Of a stretch of 64,000 nucleotides of DNA, positions 40,901-55,083 are shown one piece after another; position 1 is the stretch's first letter, and the number at the start of each line of letters is the position of its first letter. A program made the translations under genes and the position numbers. The stretch comes from Eledone cirrhosa (Eukaryota), in the NCBI GenBank assembly GCA_964016885.1, contig OZ024742.1, positions 344,906,001 through 344,970,000 of the forward strand. The letters run 5' to 3'. The notes beneath the pieces are model-generated. The model was given only the letters and a program-made list of their open reading frames with translations. It was not told the DNA's origin and ran no database searches.

Positions 40901-43284
40901 ACTGTTAGTAGACTTCCAGGATGTTAGGGAACCCTGGTAAACTTGTTAATACTGTTCGTAGACTTCCAGGCAGTTAGGGAACTCTGGTATACTTGTTAAT
41001 ACTGTTAGTAGAATTCCAGGAATCTTGGGAACCCTGGTATACTTGTTAATACTGTTAGTAGATTTCCAGGAAGCTAGGGAACCCTGGTATACTTGTTAAT
41101 ACTGTTAGTAGACTTCCAGGGAGCTAGGGAACCCTGGTATACTTGTTAATACTGTTAGTAGATCTCCAGGAAGTTGGGGAGCCCTGGTATACTTGTTACT
41201 ACTGTTACTAGACTTTCAGGAAGTTAGGGAGCCCTGGTATAATTGTTAATACTGTTAGTAGACTTTCAGGAAGCTAGGGAACCCTGGTATACTTGTTAAT
41301 AGTGTTAGTAGACTTCCAGGAAGCTGGGGAACCCTGGTATACTTGTTAATACTGTTAGTAGACTTCCAGGAAGGTAGGGAACCCTGGTATACTTGTTAAT
41401 ACTGTTAGTAGACTTCCAGGAAGCTAGGGAACCCTGGTATACTTGTTAATACTGTTAGTAGACTTTCAGGAATTTAGGGAACCCTGGTATACTTGTTAAT
41501 ACTGTTAGTAGACTTCCAGGAAGATGGGGATCCCTGGTATACTTGTTAATACTGTTAGTAGACTTCCAGGAAGTTAAGGAGCCCTGGTATACTTGTTAAT
41601 ATTGTTAGTAGACTTCCAGGAAGTTAGGGAACCATGGTATACTTGTTAATACTATTAGTAGACTTCCAGGAAGTTGGGGAACCATGGTATACTTGTTAAT
41701 ACTGTTAGTAGACTTCCAGGAAGTTGGGGAACCCTGGTATACTTGTTAATACTGTTAGTAGACTTCCGGGAAGTTAGAGAGCCCTGGTATACTTGTTACT
41801 ATTGTTAGTAGACTTTCAGGAAGCTAGGGAACCCTGGTATACTTGTTACTATTGTTAGTAGACTTTCAGGAAGCTAGGGAACCCTGGTATACTTGTTAAT
41901 GCTGTTAGTAGACTTTCAGGAAGCTAGGGAACCCTAGTATATTTGTTAATACTGTTAGTAGACTTTCAGGAAGTTAGGGAATCCTGGTATACTTGTTAAT
42001 ACTGTTAGTAGACTTTCAGGAAGGTAGGGAACCATGTTATACTTGTTAATACTGTTAGTAGACTTCCAGGAAGTTAGGGAACCCTGGTATACTTGTTAAT
42101 ACTGTTAGTATACTTCCAGGAAGTTAGGGAACCCTGGTATACTTGTTAATACGGTTAGTAGACTTCCAGGAAGGTAGGTAACCCTGGTATACTTGTTAAT
42201 ACTCTTAGTAGACTTCCAGGAAGTTAAGGAACCCTGGTATACTTGTTAATACTGTTAGTAGACTTCCAGGAAGTTGGGGAACCATGGTATACTTGTTAAT
42301 ACTGTTAGTAGACTTCCAGGAAGCTAGGGAACCCTGGTATACTTGTTAATACTCTTAGTAGACTTTCAGGAAACTAGGGAACCCTGGTATACTTGTTAAT
42401 ACTTTTAGTAGACTTCCAGGAAGTTAGGGAACCCTGGTATACTTGTTAATACTGTTAGTAGACTTCCAGGAAGTTGGGGAACCATGATATACTTGTTAAT
42501 ACTGTTAGTAGACTTCCAGCAAGTCAGGGAACCATGGTATACTTGTTAATACTTGTTAGTAGACTTCCAGGAAGGTAGGGAACCATGGTATACTTGTTAA
42601 TACTGTTAGTAGATTTCCAGGAAGTTAGGGAACCATGGTATACTTGTTAATACTGTTAGTAGACTTCCAGGAAGGTAGGGAACCATGGTATACTTGTTAA
42701 TACTGTTAGTAGATTTCCAAGAATTCAGGGAACCCTGGTATACTTGTTAATACTGTTAGTAGACTTCCAGGAAGTTGGGGAACCATGATATACTTGTTAA
42801 TACTGTTAGTAGACTTCCAGGAAGTCAGGGAACCATGGTATACTTGTTAATACTGTTAGTAGACTTCCAGGAAGGTAGGGAACCATGGTATACTTGTTAA
42901 TACTGTTAGTAGACTTCCAGGAAGGTAGGGAACCATGGTATACTTGTTAATACTGTTAGTAGATTTCCAAGAATTCAGGGAACCCTGGTATACTTGTTAA
43001 TACTGTTAGTAGACTTCCAGGAAGATAGGGAACCATGGTATACTTGTTAATACTGTTAGTAGACTTCCAGGAAGGTAGGGAACCCTGGTATACTTGTTAA
43101 TACTGTTAGTAGATTTCTAGGAAGTTAGGGAAGCCTGGTATATTTGTTAATACTGTTAGTAGACTTCCAGGAAGCAAGGGAACCCTGGCCTACTTGTTAA
43201 TACTGTTAGTAGACTTCTAGGAAGTTAGGGAACCCTGGTATACTTGTTAATACTGTTAGTAGACTTCTAGGAAGTAAGGGAACC
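31971..43284. repeat. 50-bp satellite array B (~226 monomers), duplicate of 10951-22365
   Basis: Same monomer and same order of diagnostic variants as 10951-22365; identical right boundary (GGAACC|AGAACATCTG). Confidence 0.99.
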
Positions 43285-44477
43285 AGAACATCTGATATAA
43301 TACCTCATATTAGTCGACCGAGAACATCAGAGTGAGAATTCAATTTCCACCAAAGTCAACATTGCTTTTCATCCTACTGTCAGACTAGCGCAGACCAAAC
43401 ACAACCCCGTCCTAGGACCAGAGCCCATCACCCACTCGCTACATCTCTACCTTTCTTCTATGACCCAACGGTCCTTATCTTTTCCCTCCCTTTCCCCTCA
43501 TTTATGGCATTTATTTCGTCTACTTTCCCATATAGAAGGATCTGCCCATTTTTGTCCCTTCAGATATTTTTCTCATTTCTTAATTTTGTTTTTATCTTTC
43601 TTTTTCATATTTATTTTTCATATCAATGGTTTTACAACCATATTTGTAAGTTTAATGTGAATAAAATTTCAGTTTTCTGGTTGATTCTTCTGTCATTTTC
43701 TCTTTCGTATTTTCTCTTTCTCTGAAAGAAATCAGTTGACTTCAGACATGGAAGTGGGGATGAGATCCACCTGCTTTAGATGACAGGGGCAAGTTGGATA
43801 TCTCTATGGCACCCCTAAGACTTCCACAAGAGTTAAGGTATAAGAATTAAAAAGATTCACATATTTTTTTTGTGTATGTTGTGTTGGACCTCCGTCGATC
43901 AGCGAGTGTTTCGGTTGTTCGAGCAACAGAATAGCCAGCTAGTGAACTTAACCTACATGTAAGTGTCTGAGCATACCACAGACAAGACATGTACAGTATT
44001 AACGTAGTTCCCAGGAAGATTCAGCTTGACAGAGTGTGTATGACAAGCCTGCCTCTTTGACTTACAGAGTTACGGGAAATAAAATGAAATAAAATGTCTT
44101 TATTTAACGACCGTGAAGTGAATACCATAACCGTATAACCACTCACTTTACACCGTTTGTGTACTTTAAGCAGAAATTGGAGGAATTATATCGATTTGAA
44201 AAGGCTTCCACTATATATCGATCTATGTAAGTAATGAAATTTCCCAAGTGTTATGCTGATAATTACTAGGGATATTATTGTATTTTTTCCTAGCCTTATA
44301 TTTTATAGGGCAGCGGTGAGGCAGTATCCTTATGGCGTCCTATTAAATATATCTCGGCATTTGTTCCAGCTCACTTCCATTTGTGTTCAAACAGCGCAGG
44401 GGTTAACCTAGATCCTTCATTCTTGCGATGTCCATAAAGTACCAGTCCAAATATTGCGGCCAATCCTTTCTCTCTCC

Positions 44478-44557
<80 letters not shown>

Positions 44558-44574
44558 CCTCTCTCTCTCTCTTC

Positions 44575-44635
<61 letters not shown>

Positions 44636-45467
44636 TCTCTCTTTCTCTCTCCCTCCCTTCTCTCTTTTCTCTGTCTCTATTTCTCTCGCCACTTCTCTTA
44701 TCTCTCTGTTGAAGAAATGGACTGTATTCGGACATGGGTAGGGTTAGACTCCACCATGTTTTAAAAGCCCAAGATACAGCGTGTATGAGGGCGGAGCCCC
44801 TATGACTCCATCAAGACTTATAGAGTTAAAGACCTTTTATTTTTATAGTTTTATTCATATTAAGCCGAGCAGCTACGTATAAAATTCTTTCTCTAGCTTG
44901 TACAATATATCAGCATATATCTGTTATATATGGTAAAACAATTATTATTTTGACGTCAGAAAAGTATATCATTAGGCTGTAAACTTAAAGATTTTAAGCT
45001 AGTAAACTGCCTATTCATCTGGGCTTAGGTCATTCAAATTCAGCATCATCATTATTTTTATTATGTGAAGATTTAGTGATTACAATGTTTACTTTGCATT
45101 CATAAGGTTCCGAGTCCGGGCATACTTCGTAGAATCTTCAGCAAGTCTAACGAAGCTTTGTGAATGACGAAGTCACTGAATAATCATTCAAATTCAGTTT
45201 AAGCTGTAATGTTGAATCTTCTAATATTCGAAAGAAAAAACAAAGAAATTCGCTGTATCCAACTCGTTTGACTTTGTCAATGTTAACTATCTCGGCTTCA
45301 TTAAATTCACCCACCACACATCTTTTCACAAACTCATCGAACTAACGCTGTTTTAGGCAGTTTGGTTTAAACAATAATAGAATAATGTAATACTGGTAAT
45401 ATAATATAATTTAAGTAAACCGAATAATAAAAATATACATAAATATGACATATATATATAATATAAA

Positions 45468-46455
45468 TCTATATATATAAAACTGTGGTTGTCTGTCTGT
45501 CTATCGATTTTTGGCACACATCTCCTCTTAGAATCTCTCACGGAATTGCACCGAAATTGCTATACTTGTACATTGAGCCCTAGCGAAGACATCGGAAAAA
45601 AAAAATTTCAAATTGACCCACCCTATGTGACGAAATCGAATATAATGTATCGATTTTTGAGCGTAAGTTATCAGTTATTTCCCTTTGTTCTGTTTACATT
45701 GAGCGTCTTACGTAAAAAATTACGCTGGCTTTAACAGTTGTCGAGCCAGCAAAATATTGACCTGCAAAATTCATCAGTTCGAACACTAAGCTTCCGTTTT
45801 GCTTCATTTCCATTTAAAAGCATTTTAAAACAATATTTTTACTTGAAAACAAGTCTATTTAAAGACTACGTAAAACAAGCAAATATTTCGTCGTTAGGCG
45901 TGCAGACAGACAGTCGTGCAGACAGACAGTCGTGCAGAGAGGTGATATACGCGTGCAGACAGACAGTCGTGCAGAGAGGTGATATAGGCGTGCAGACAGA
46001 CAGTCGTGCAGAGAGGTGATATAGGCGTGCAGACAGACAGTCGTGCAGAGAGGTGATATAGGCGTGCAGACAGACAGTCGTGCAGAGAGGTGATATAGGC
46101 GTGCAGACAGACAGTCGTGCAGAGAGGTGATATAGGCGTGCAGACAGACATAACTGATAATTTGGTTACGCTAATGTTTTTCTCTGCGTTGCAGTGTTTA
46201 CATTTTCGATCTTTGTTAATAAATAACCAGTGCAGTTTCTATCCCCAGCATCCTCTTTTGTTATAACATTCGGGTTATCGTTATGTTTTCTTAACTTCAT
46301 AAGGCATATTGTTGGTTGAGGGAATATTAATCAAAAACACCACATGCAAGTCTGCACAGTAGACACTACAGTTTTTAAGCCAAGAAAGAAACTTAACATT
46401 GTAACTTTAACACAGCTACTGAGCGACCCCGAGCAACGCCGGGCTTTACTGCTAG
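45468..46455 (+). mobile_element. Non-autonomous Helitron (duplicate copy)
   Basis: Same TC...hairpin...CTAG termini as 24551-25538. Confidence 0.85.
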
Positions 46456-46859
46456 TATATTATATATATATATATATATATAGTATTAGTTATACTATTT
46501 ATGGTTATGTAAATACAAGACCTTAAGCAGTTGTAAGTATTTTACACACACCCTAAATAGTGGTAGGCAGTATTGTATTACTACCTTATTACCAGTAAGT
46601 TAAGTAGCTCAATGTAAAAACATCAGATGATTTACAGAGCAGTTATATGAAATATAAGAATCAAAGAACTGTTCAAAACATTATTGTGCTTACAGCTGTT
46701 TCCTCCAAACCGAGGTTTGGATTCTTCGGAGCAATTTATTAATGCATGGACAGTTATATGACTGTCCATGCATTAATAAATTGCTCCGAAGAATCCAAAC
46801 CTCGGTTTGGAGGAAACAGCTGTAAGCACAATAATGTTTTGAACAGTTCTTTGATTCTT

Positions 46860-47582
<723 letters not shown>

Positions 47583-48295
47583 ATAATATATTTATATATA
47601 TATATATATACATATAGTTTCAGAAGATCCCGTTAACGGTGAAAGCAGCGATTCTTTGCTTAAACTTTAATCTGTTATATACATATATATATAGTTTTAA
47701 TATAGAAGAGCTTCTATAGGACTAGAACTGTTTCATTCGTGAGAAATCATCAGGAAGTTGGCTGTCCAAATAAGTGGTAGTATTTATATCTTTCCTTTTC
47801 TGGTGGTAGGAGAGGGTGAGGATTGGGATGGGTGGAGGTCATTGGTTGAAGGGTTTAAAGAAAAGGGAGTTCATTAAAAGCTAATTCTTAAAAGCTATAA
47901 TATTAACAAAGGCAGAAAAAATACTGTAAACAAATTCAAAATTGGAATACCAATCCTTGTTTATCACTTAGACTAACAATGGCTGTAAGACAGGTGTCTA
48001 CAGGATGGGTGGGGTTCAATGGTTTAGAGAAAAGGGAAATTCTTTAGAAGGTAATTCTTTAAGGCTGAAATAAGGGTGACAAAGGCAGAAAGGGTTCCTT
48101 CAACAGATTCAAGTGTCCTACCACCAGAAAAGGAAAAATATAAATACTACCACTTATTTGGACAGCGAGCTTCCTGATGATTTCTCACGAAAGAAACAGT
48201 TCTAATCCTGTAGAGGCTCTTCTATATTAAAACTTTTATACTCTGCTATGTATTGAGTACATTACTTACTGTGGTTACCTCTGATTCAACCCGGA

Positions 48296-48375
<80 letters not shown>

Positions 48376-48451
48376 GTGTGTGTGTGTGTGTAAGTTTATG
48401 TACATTTACATAGATATATATGTATATTTATTATGTATATATACATACACA

Positions 48452-48508
<57 letters not shown>

Positions 48509-48983
48509 TTATATTCATACATACATATATATATACATATATACAGTTTCTGAATTTGTTTAGCAAGATTCTTTATCTGAAAACGTGTGTTGAAACCGAT
48601 ATTGTTATACTTTGGGAGGGTCATGTTGCCAATAAGAAACACACGCACCAGTTGCTTTCACTTCAATTTATTATAAATTAAATTTATAAATTTAGCAATT
48701 TATAAATTTCCGGTTGGTTAGTTGGTTCCACAACCAGACGATTGTTCATATATTGTCAAAGTTCTTTCGTCACACATTCTGTGACCTCTTCAGTGACTGG
48801 GATTCTTTTCTTTGTTTTTGTGCCTCTCTTTGTTCTGTCCTACGCCATCTTGTTTTTGTGTGTGTTGTGTGCTTAGTTTGCGCATGTGTTACATCCGGGT
48901 GTCTGTGTGTGTTTATATTTGTTAATTTATTTGTTTATTTACATGTTACTGGTTGGTTGTGTGTGTGTGTTTTCATTTTTTCC

Positions 48984-50027
48984 TTAATTGTATGTTGTGA
49001 TGTTGCTATTCCATTCATGCTTTCTATTTAATTTTGGTTGGAGTTCATTTATGTTTATTGCCTCTGTGATTTGTCTAAACATTGTGTCTTTTCTGTGTGT
49101 AGATTCTATTTTTATTTCTATGTTCGTTAATGGACCCTTATGTTCTATGTACTATTTTAGCATGTTGGTAGTGTAAAGATGATTCTTTACTATCTTGAAG
49201 CTCTCGCTAGTGTTCATTCATCCGTTCTCCTATACTACGAGCTGTCTCACCTCTGTACACTATATTCTTATCTCTACATTGTCCTTCAGTACATCTTATG
49301 CTATATACTACATTTCTAGTTTTACAGTTAATATGGGGGTTTAGTTTACAGATTATACATTTCTTATCTATACAGGGAGGTCTTTGAAAAGGGTATGTAC
49401 CCGGTAAATGGGTAAATATACAGTCGCTACGTGTGCATAGCCTCTGACGTAGTGAGTAGCAGCATATTTGGGGGTTTCTAGTATGTGTAGTGGGAGGTGC
49501 ATACAGCACCACAGATCTTTTTTTTATAGTTCTTTTGACTATGGCATGGCTTTGGTGGTGATGATGATGATGACAACTGTGGTGGGAGAGAGAGAGAGAG
49601 CAGTGGTCCATTACTAGCAGTTGGTGTGGCAGGAGATGGTGACGGTGCTGTTGGTGATGGCGATAATGATGGCTGAGTGAGTGGCTGAGTGATGCTGTCA
49701 TTCAGTAGTTCGGCGATTATGCTTGAATTCAGAAGTGGTTGCTCCTGGCTTTCTGGCTGTTGTTGTTGTTGTGGCTGTTTTTGTTGTTGTTGTGACTGTT
49801 GTTGTTGTTGTTGTGTTTGTCCATTAGAGTAAATATGTCGAAGTTTTGTTGTGTATCTGCTTAACAGATCTCGTCGTAAATGTTTGGGCTGTTTTTTCAG
49901 CAATTTCATTCAGACATGAGGCCTTAATGTTTGATGTTTGTGACAGAGAAAACAATGTGTTTATTAAGACGTCAATCTCATTTTCAGACCAATTTCGTCC
50001 GGTGTGGGCTTGCTGGTCAGTAGTCAT
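48984..50027 (-). pseudogene. Disrupted Myb/SANT-like + GIY-YIG ORF (duplicate copy)
   Basis: Identical translated fragments at offset 20917. Confidence 0.75.
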
Positions 50028-50398
50028 ATTTTTTTAATTATTTATATATATATATATATATTTTTTTTTTTTTTAAACCTGGCGGAGACCTTCTCCTCTC
50101 CATGTCTGAATACAGCAGATTTCTTCCAGGGAAAGATAGAGAATGGGTGAGAAACAGGAAGTGATTAAGAGATATAGAGGAGGAATCAACCTCAGTACCT
50201 GACTAGTATTATATATATATATATATATATATATGCATAATTATGTCTCATATAAAATAATACAACTGGCTATCCGCAAAATACATATAGTTAGCACCCC
50301 AAACGTAAAATTGGGATTATACTAAGGTATATCCTAATGTTTGTTGAGTGAGATGGAAGCAGTCAGAGTATTGCTTAAAGCTTTCTCTGTTAATGTAT

Positions 50399-50475
<77 letters not shown>

Positions 50476-51274
50476 AAAAGAAAGAAATGAAATTTCATTT
50501 CTCACTCTTAGTACGGCTGATACTTAAATATAAGTATGTATACGTACATACATATATGTATACAGACGTACAGCAGTATGTATATATATACATACATGCA
50601 CACGTATATAAATGTACGTATGGGTTTACCGAACATTTATTATAATGTTCGGTTTGTTTGTAAACACAGCCCGAACTAAACCGTACAGTGTTCGGCAACC
50701 ATCAAGGCGATTTTGTTCAACACTGACAAAGGAACGATGAACTAGTTTCAAGCTTATTAGCTATCGTCAGCATCCTGTCAGATGATTGAACGTTTGAAAG
50801 TATATACTTTCCTTATGCATATTAACGGCTGAGCAGCCTAATTTGTATATCGAGTGAGTTAGACGGCCGGGCGTACCGAAAACGATATATGGAAAAGAAT
50901 GAAATGAAATGAAATTTCTCACTCTTAGTACGGCTGATACTTAAATGTAAGTATGTATACGTACATACATATATCTATACAGACGTACAGTAGTATGTAT
51001 ATTTATATACATACATGCACACATATATATATATGTACGTATGGGTTTACCGAACATTTATTATAATGTTTGGTTTGTTTGTAAACAAAAGGGCGACAAT
51101 GGTTGCCGAACACTGTACGGCTTAATTCGGGCTGTTTGTTTACAAACAAACCGAACATTATAATAAAAATATTCGGTAAATCCATACGTACATATATATA
51201 TGTGTGCATGTACGTATATATATATACATACTACTGTACGTCTGTATACATATATGTATGTACGTATACATACT

Positions 51275-51325
<51 letters not shown>

Positions 51326-51330
<5 letters not shown>

Positions 51331-53966
51331 GAATTCTAACTTTGTCTGATTTACTCGTTTTATTTACAATCCTTTAAAATTATAATGATATTAAAATGAA
51401 ATAGTATGGTAGAATATTAAATGTTAAGTGTTAATTGAACAAGTACTTTCATGCTTTCGCAATCTTTAGGTTCATATTCAGTGGTGACAGTCAAGTTTGC
51501 AATTTTCAACTGTAATGAGATGGCTAAAATCTGTGCCTTATATACAGTAAAAATCTGTATTTCGACCAATCGGTGTGTGGTTTCACTAGATTACTAAAGC
51601 TGATTGGTTTAGGCGTCACGGTTAGTTGAGCATGTCTAACGACTTCTATTTGACCCTATCCAAAGCATCAATTGTTTTGCTATTTTTAGAAATGATGAAA
51701 ATAGCATTTTCTAGGGTTTTTATTAAAAATCTTCAGTAATCATCAACATCAACATCACTTTTATTATTATTATTGTTGTTGTTGTTAGTGGTGGTAGTCG
51801 ACATAGTCGTAGTAGAAGTAATACCCCTAAGCATTATTATTGTTCATTTAGCTTGGGTTGGAATTTATCAATATAATTCTTTTCTTTAATTTTTCTCTTG
51901 ATTTCACTTGGGCTGTGTAGTTTGTAGAATGGAAATATTATAAATATTTTCAGACCACATGTTGCTAGATGGTTACTCAGGGGTATCTGACGGACATTTG
52001 GGTCTCTGATTTGCTGTCGGTGCACCTGTGCACGTTCCGATACTGCATTTCCAGTTGACCGACATATATTTCTTCACAATTCGGGCATTTAATGTAGTAA
52101 ATTCGATTTCTCCTTTTGCAGTTCATATTTGCATTTGGGAATACTTTTCCAGTTTTTGTGTTCATATATTGACCAGTGTGTGTGGATTGACATGTGCCGC
52201 ATTTAGATACAGTGAATGATTGGTCTTTGTTTTAAGGTCAAACTTTGCCTTTGTTAGTAATTGCTTCAAATTTTTCGGCTGTCTTTTACTAAGAGTCAAA
52301 GATCGGTCTGTGATTGAACCTTTTAATTCATTACTTTGAGCAATGATCGGTAGGTTTGCTTTGGCAGTGTTGAAGATATTCTGGTGACATGGGTTGTGTG
52401 TCATTATAAATGGTATGACCAGTTCTTGGTTTCTTCTTCCTTGGGTTGTCCTAAGTTGTTGTATAGGTATTTTTATAGCCCGCTGTATGCCATTTTTTAT
52501 AAGTAGAGATGGGTATTTTTGTTTGAGCAAAAATTCTCTGTTCTGTTAGGCGTTTGTTCCTGGTATTCGTAATTCTACAATGGTACAAATTCTTCTGGCT
52601 AGGCAGTATGGGATGTTGCGTTTTGTATGAGGTGGATGGCACGACTTAAAATTCAGATATTGATGGGTGTCTGTGTGTTTATAGTATATATCCGTGGTAA
52701 TGGTGGTGTCGTTTTTGATTATCATTATATCTAGGAATGGTAATTTGGTACTACCCATCTCTTTTGTAAATTGGAGAGATAGTTGTAGGTTATTAAGGAG
52801 GATATTGAACTAATCCAGAGTATCTAGAGATTCTGTCCAGATGATGAAACAGTCGTCAAGGTATCTCTTCCAAGACCTTTCAATGTACTTTCTAAATTCA
52901 GTGCTAAATTTTTCCTCTATTTCTTGGTAGGGTTGTTGTTCTAAGTATCCCATTACATAGTTCGCGTAAACGGGAGCAAACTTCGTTCCCATCGCTGGGC
53001 CTCTAATTTGGATGTAATTCTTTCCATTGAAGAAGAATGCGTCTAATATAAATGGCACTGTGAATCTGGTGGGAATCACTTCTCTATGTTTTTCCACCCA
53101 GTATTTAACCGCCTTTATTCCTAAATCATGCGTAATGTTCGTGTAAATGCTTACCACATCAAAACAAAGTAGAAGTGAATTCGTTTCCGTGGTTTTGGGA
53201 AGATGGGACAGGAAGTCGATATCATCCCGGATGAAACTGGGTATGTGAATACATAGTGGTTTCAAAATAATGTCAACAAAATTGCTTAGACGATGGGTAG
53301 GGCATGTTGGACCAGCTATAATAGGTCTAAGTTTTAAGTCTTTTGGGTGTAGTAATTTAATGTACTCACTTTTTTGTTCTTTTACTGCCAGTTGGATTTC
53401 TTTTGACTTATGAATTTTCGGTAAGCCTTACAGGTTGCTGGGTTTTGGCTCAAAATTGGTGATGTAGTCTCTTTCCTTATCAGTAAGTGAGTTGTAGTAT
53501 TTTGAAGCCAGGCTGTTGATCTTCTTCATGATGTTGTGGTCTATATTTGACGCTATTTCATGGTAGAATGTTGTGTCTTTCAGTTGTTCCTCAACGAAAT
53601 CTTTGTAGTATTCAGCATCCATTATAACAACTGCACCCCCTTTATCTGCTTGTTTAAATATTATTGTTTTATCATTTTGTATACGTTTAAGTGCAGACAT
53701 TTCCGATTTGTTAAGTTTGGCCTAACATTAGTATTACGTCTAAGAGGATATTTAGACAGGATATCAATGTATTGGTCGAGATAGATATTTATTCCTTTTG
53801 GTGGAGTGAAATTTGATTTATTCTTTATTAGTGATTCATTATTCTCATTACTTTTATCAGCGAAGAATTCTACAAGTCGTAATTTACGACAGAATTTTTG
53901 GGTATCCTCCTTTAGTTCTTGGTGGTTGACTGTTGGAGTTGGTGTGAATTTCAGTCCTTTTGACAG
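51326..53966 (-). mobile_element. Near full-length decayed Penelope-like element (Neptune-like RT + C-terminal GIY-YIG)
   Basis: LSKGLKFTPTP, ADKGGAVVIMD, FDVVSIYTNI, GPAMGTKFAPVYAN, WKRYLDDCFIIW, thumb, GIY-YIG; several frameshifts and stops; HHR remnant downstream. Confidence 0.93.
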
Positions 53967-53991
53967 TGTGTGTGTATTTATGTATATATAT

Positions 53992-55079
53992 ATAACAAGC
54001 CGGTGGTCACTACCCAGTGTACTGAAATAGTTGTATGGTTCTGTGTTTAGAACACTATTCCGCCAATTTTTCCTCACCAGAATCAAATCAATCTGGGACT
54101 TGGACAGGTGCATATCTGAAATGTAGATCCACATCTTCCTCGGATTCTTCCTAAACCTTAGGTTGGTCGCTATCAAGTTCGCCTCCAGTCTCTCTTCCAT
54201 TTCGGTTGGTGTTGTTATGGAAGTACCAGCAAGGATCTTCGCTGTCCTCCTTACTCAGATGTGTATTGAAGATGTTGTGTGCTTGTGTGGTGTTGACAGC
54301 TCTACACACGTCCTCATGGAACTCTTCCTCACTCACATCACTGTCTCCCTCGGTTGGACTATAGGCTGAGATGACTGTCAGTCTTGGGTTTCCATTGAAG
54401 GTCACCCTCAACACTCGCGGGGAGACAGGTATTATTTCCCTCACCAATAGACTGGTTTTTGTGCTGAAAACAAAACCCACTCCTCCTACTGCAGCATTGA
54501 TCATGTTCCTCACTGCCGATGTGGTGATGAGCTGGCTCATCTTCCCAATCATCACACGCCTCACGGGCTCATCGTGTAGGATCCTGTGTTCTTGGATCGC
54601 AAGTATCTGTATACCACTCTCCTGGAACAGATGTCCCAACTCCTCTCTCTTCTCCAGCGTCCGAATAGTCCTCACATTCAAAGTGCCCATTTTGATGGCT
54701 TTTCTGCAGGACAAAACTGCATTCTTTATATTTGTCTCAGAGACAGCTGATCCATCATCCACTGGCCCTCCCTGTAGTTCTAAGCCAGTAGAGTCATAAC
54801 GACCAGACTGCTCCTTGACAGTGTAGTTAGGGGCTCTAACCCTAGTGCTGTTAGATAGACTCTCCATATTTCTTTTCAATGGTTGACAATACTTTACCGG
54901 CGCCACTCGAATAAGGTAGTTATTTAACCCATAAATGGGGCCCTAACAGGTACTACTACTCCGGGCCAGAGCAGACTTGGGAGACATGACAACTAAGGGA
55001 TAACTCCACATTCCACACAGCTCCTGAACTCCCGAACTGGAGCCTTGCCACTGGATTGTTTAATGTCATACCCAGAACA
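53992..55079 (-). mobile_element. RTE-clade LINE, inverted 5' segment (5'UTR + APE endonuclease)
   Basis: KMGTLNVRTI, ILAIQEHR, VGGVGFV, VISAYSPTE, SQIDLILVRKNWRNSV, SDHRLV, preceded by ~170 bp of non-coding leader. Confidence 0.9.
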
Positions 55080-55083
55080 ATTA

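Noticed and set aside
53661-54200. 179-aa ORF fusing an APE endonuclease end to a Penelope N-terminus
   Set aside because: Chance in-frame read-through across a microsatellite (IYIYINTHT) between the inverted RTE segment and the truncated PLE; both parents are decayed.
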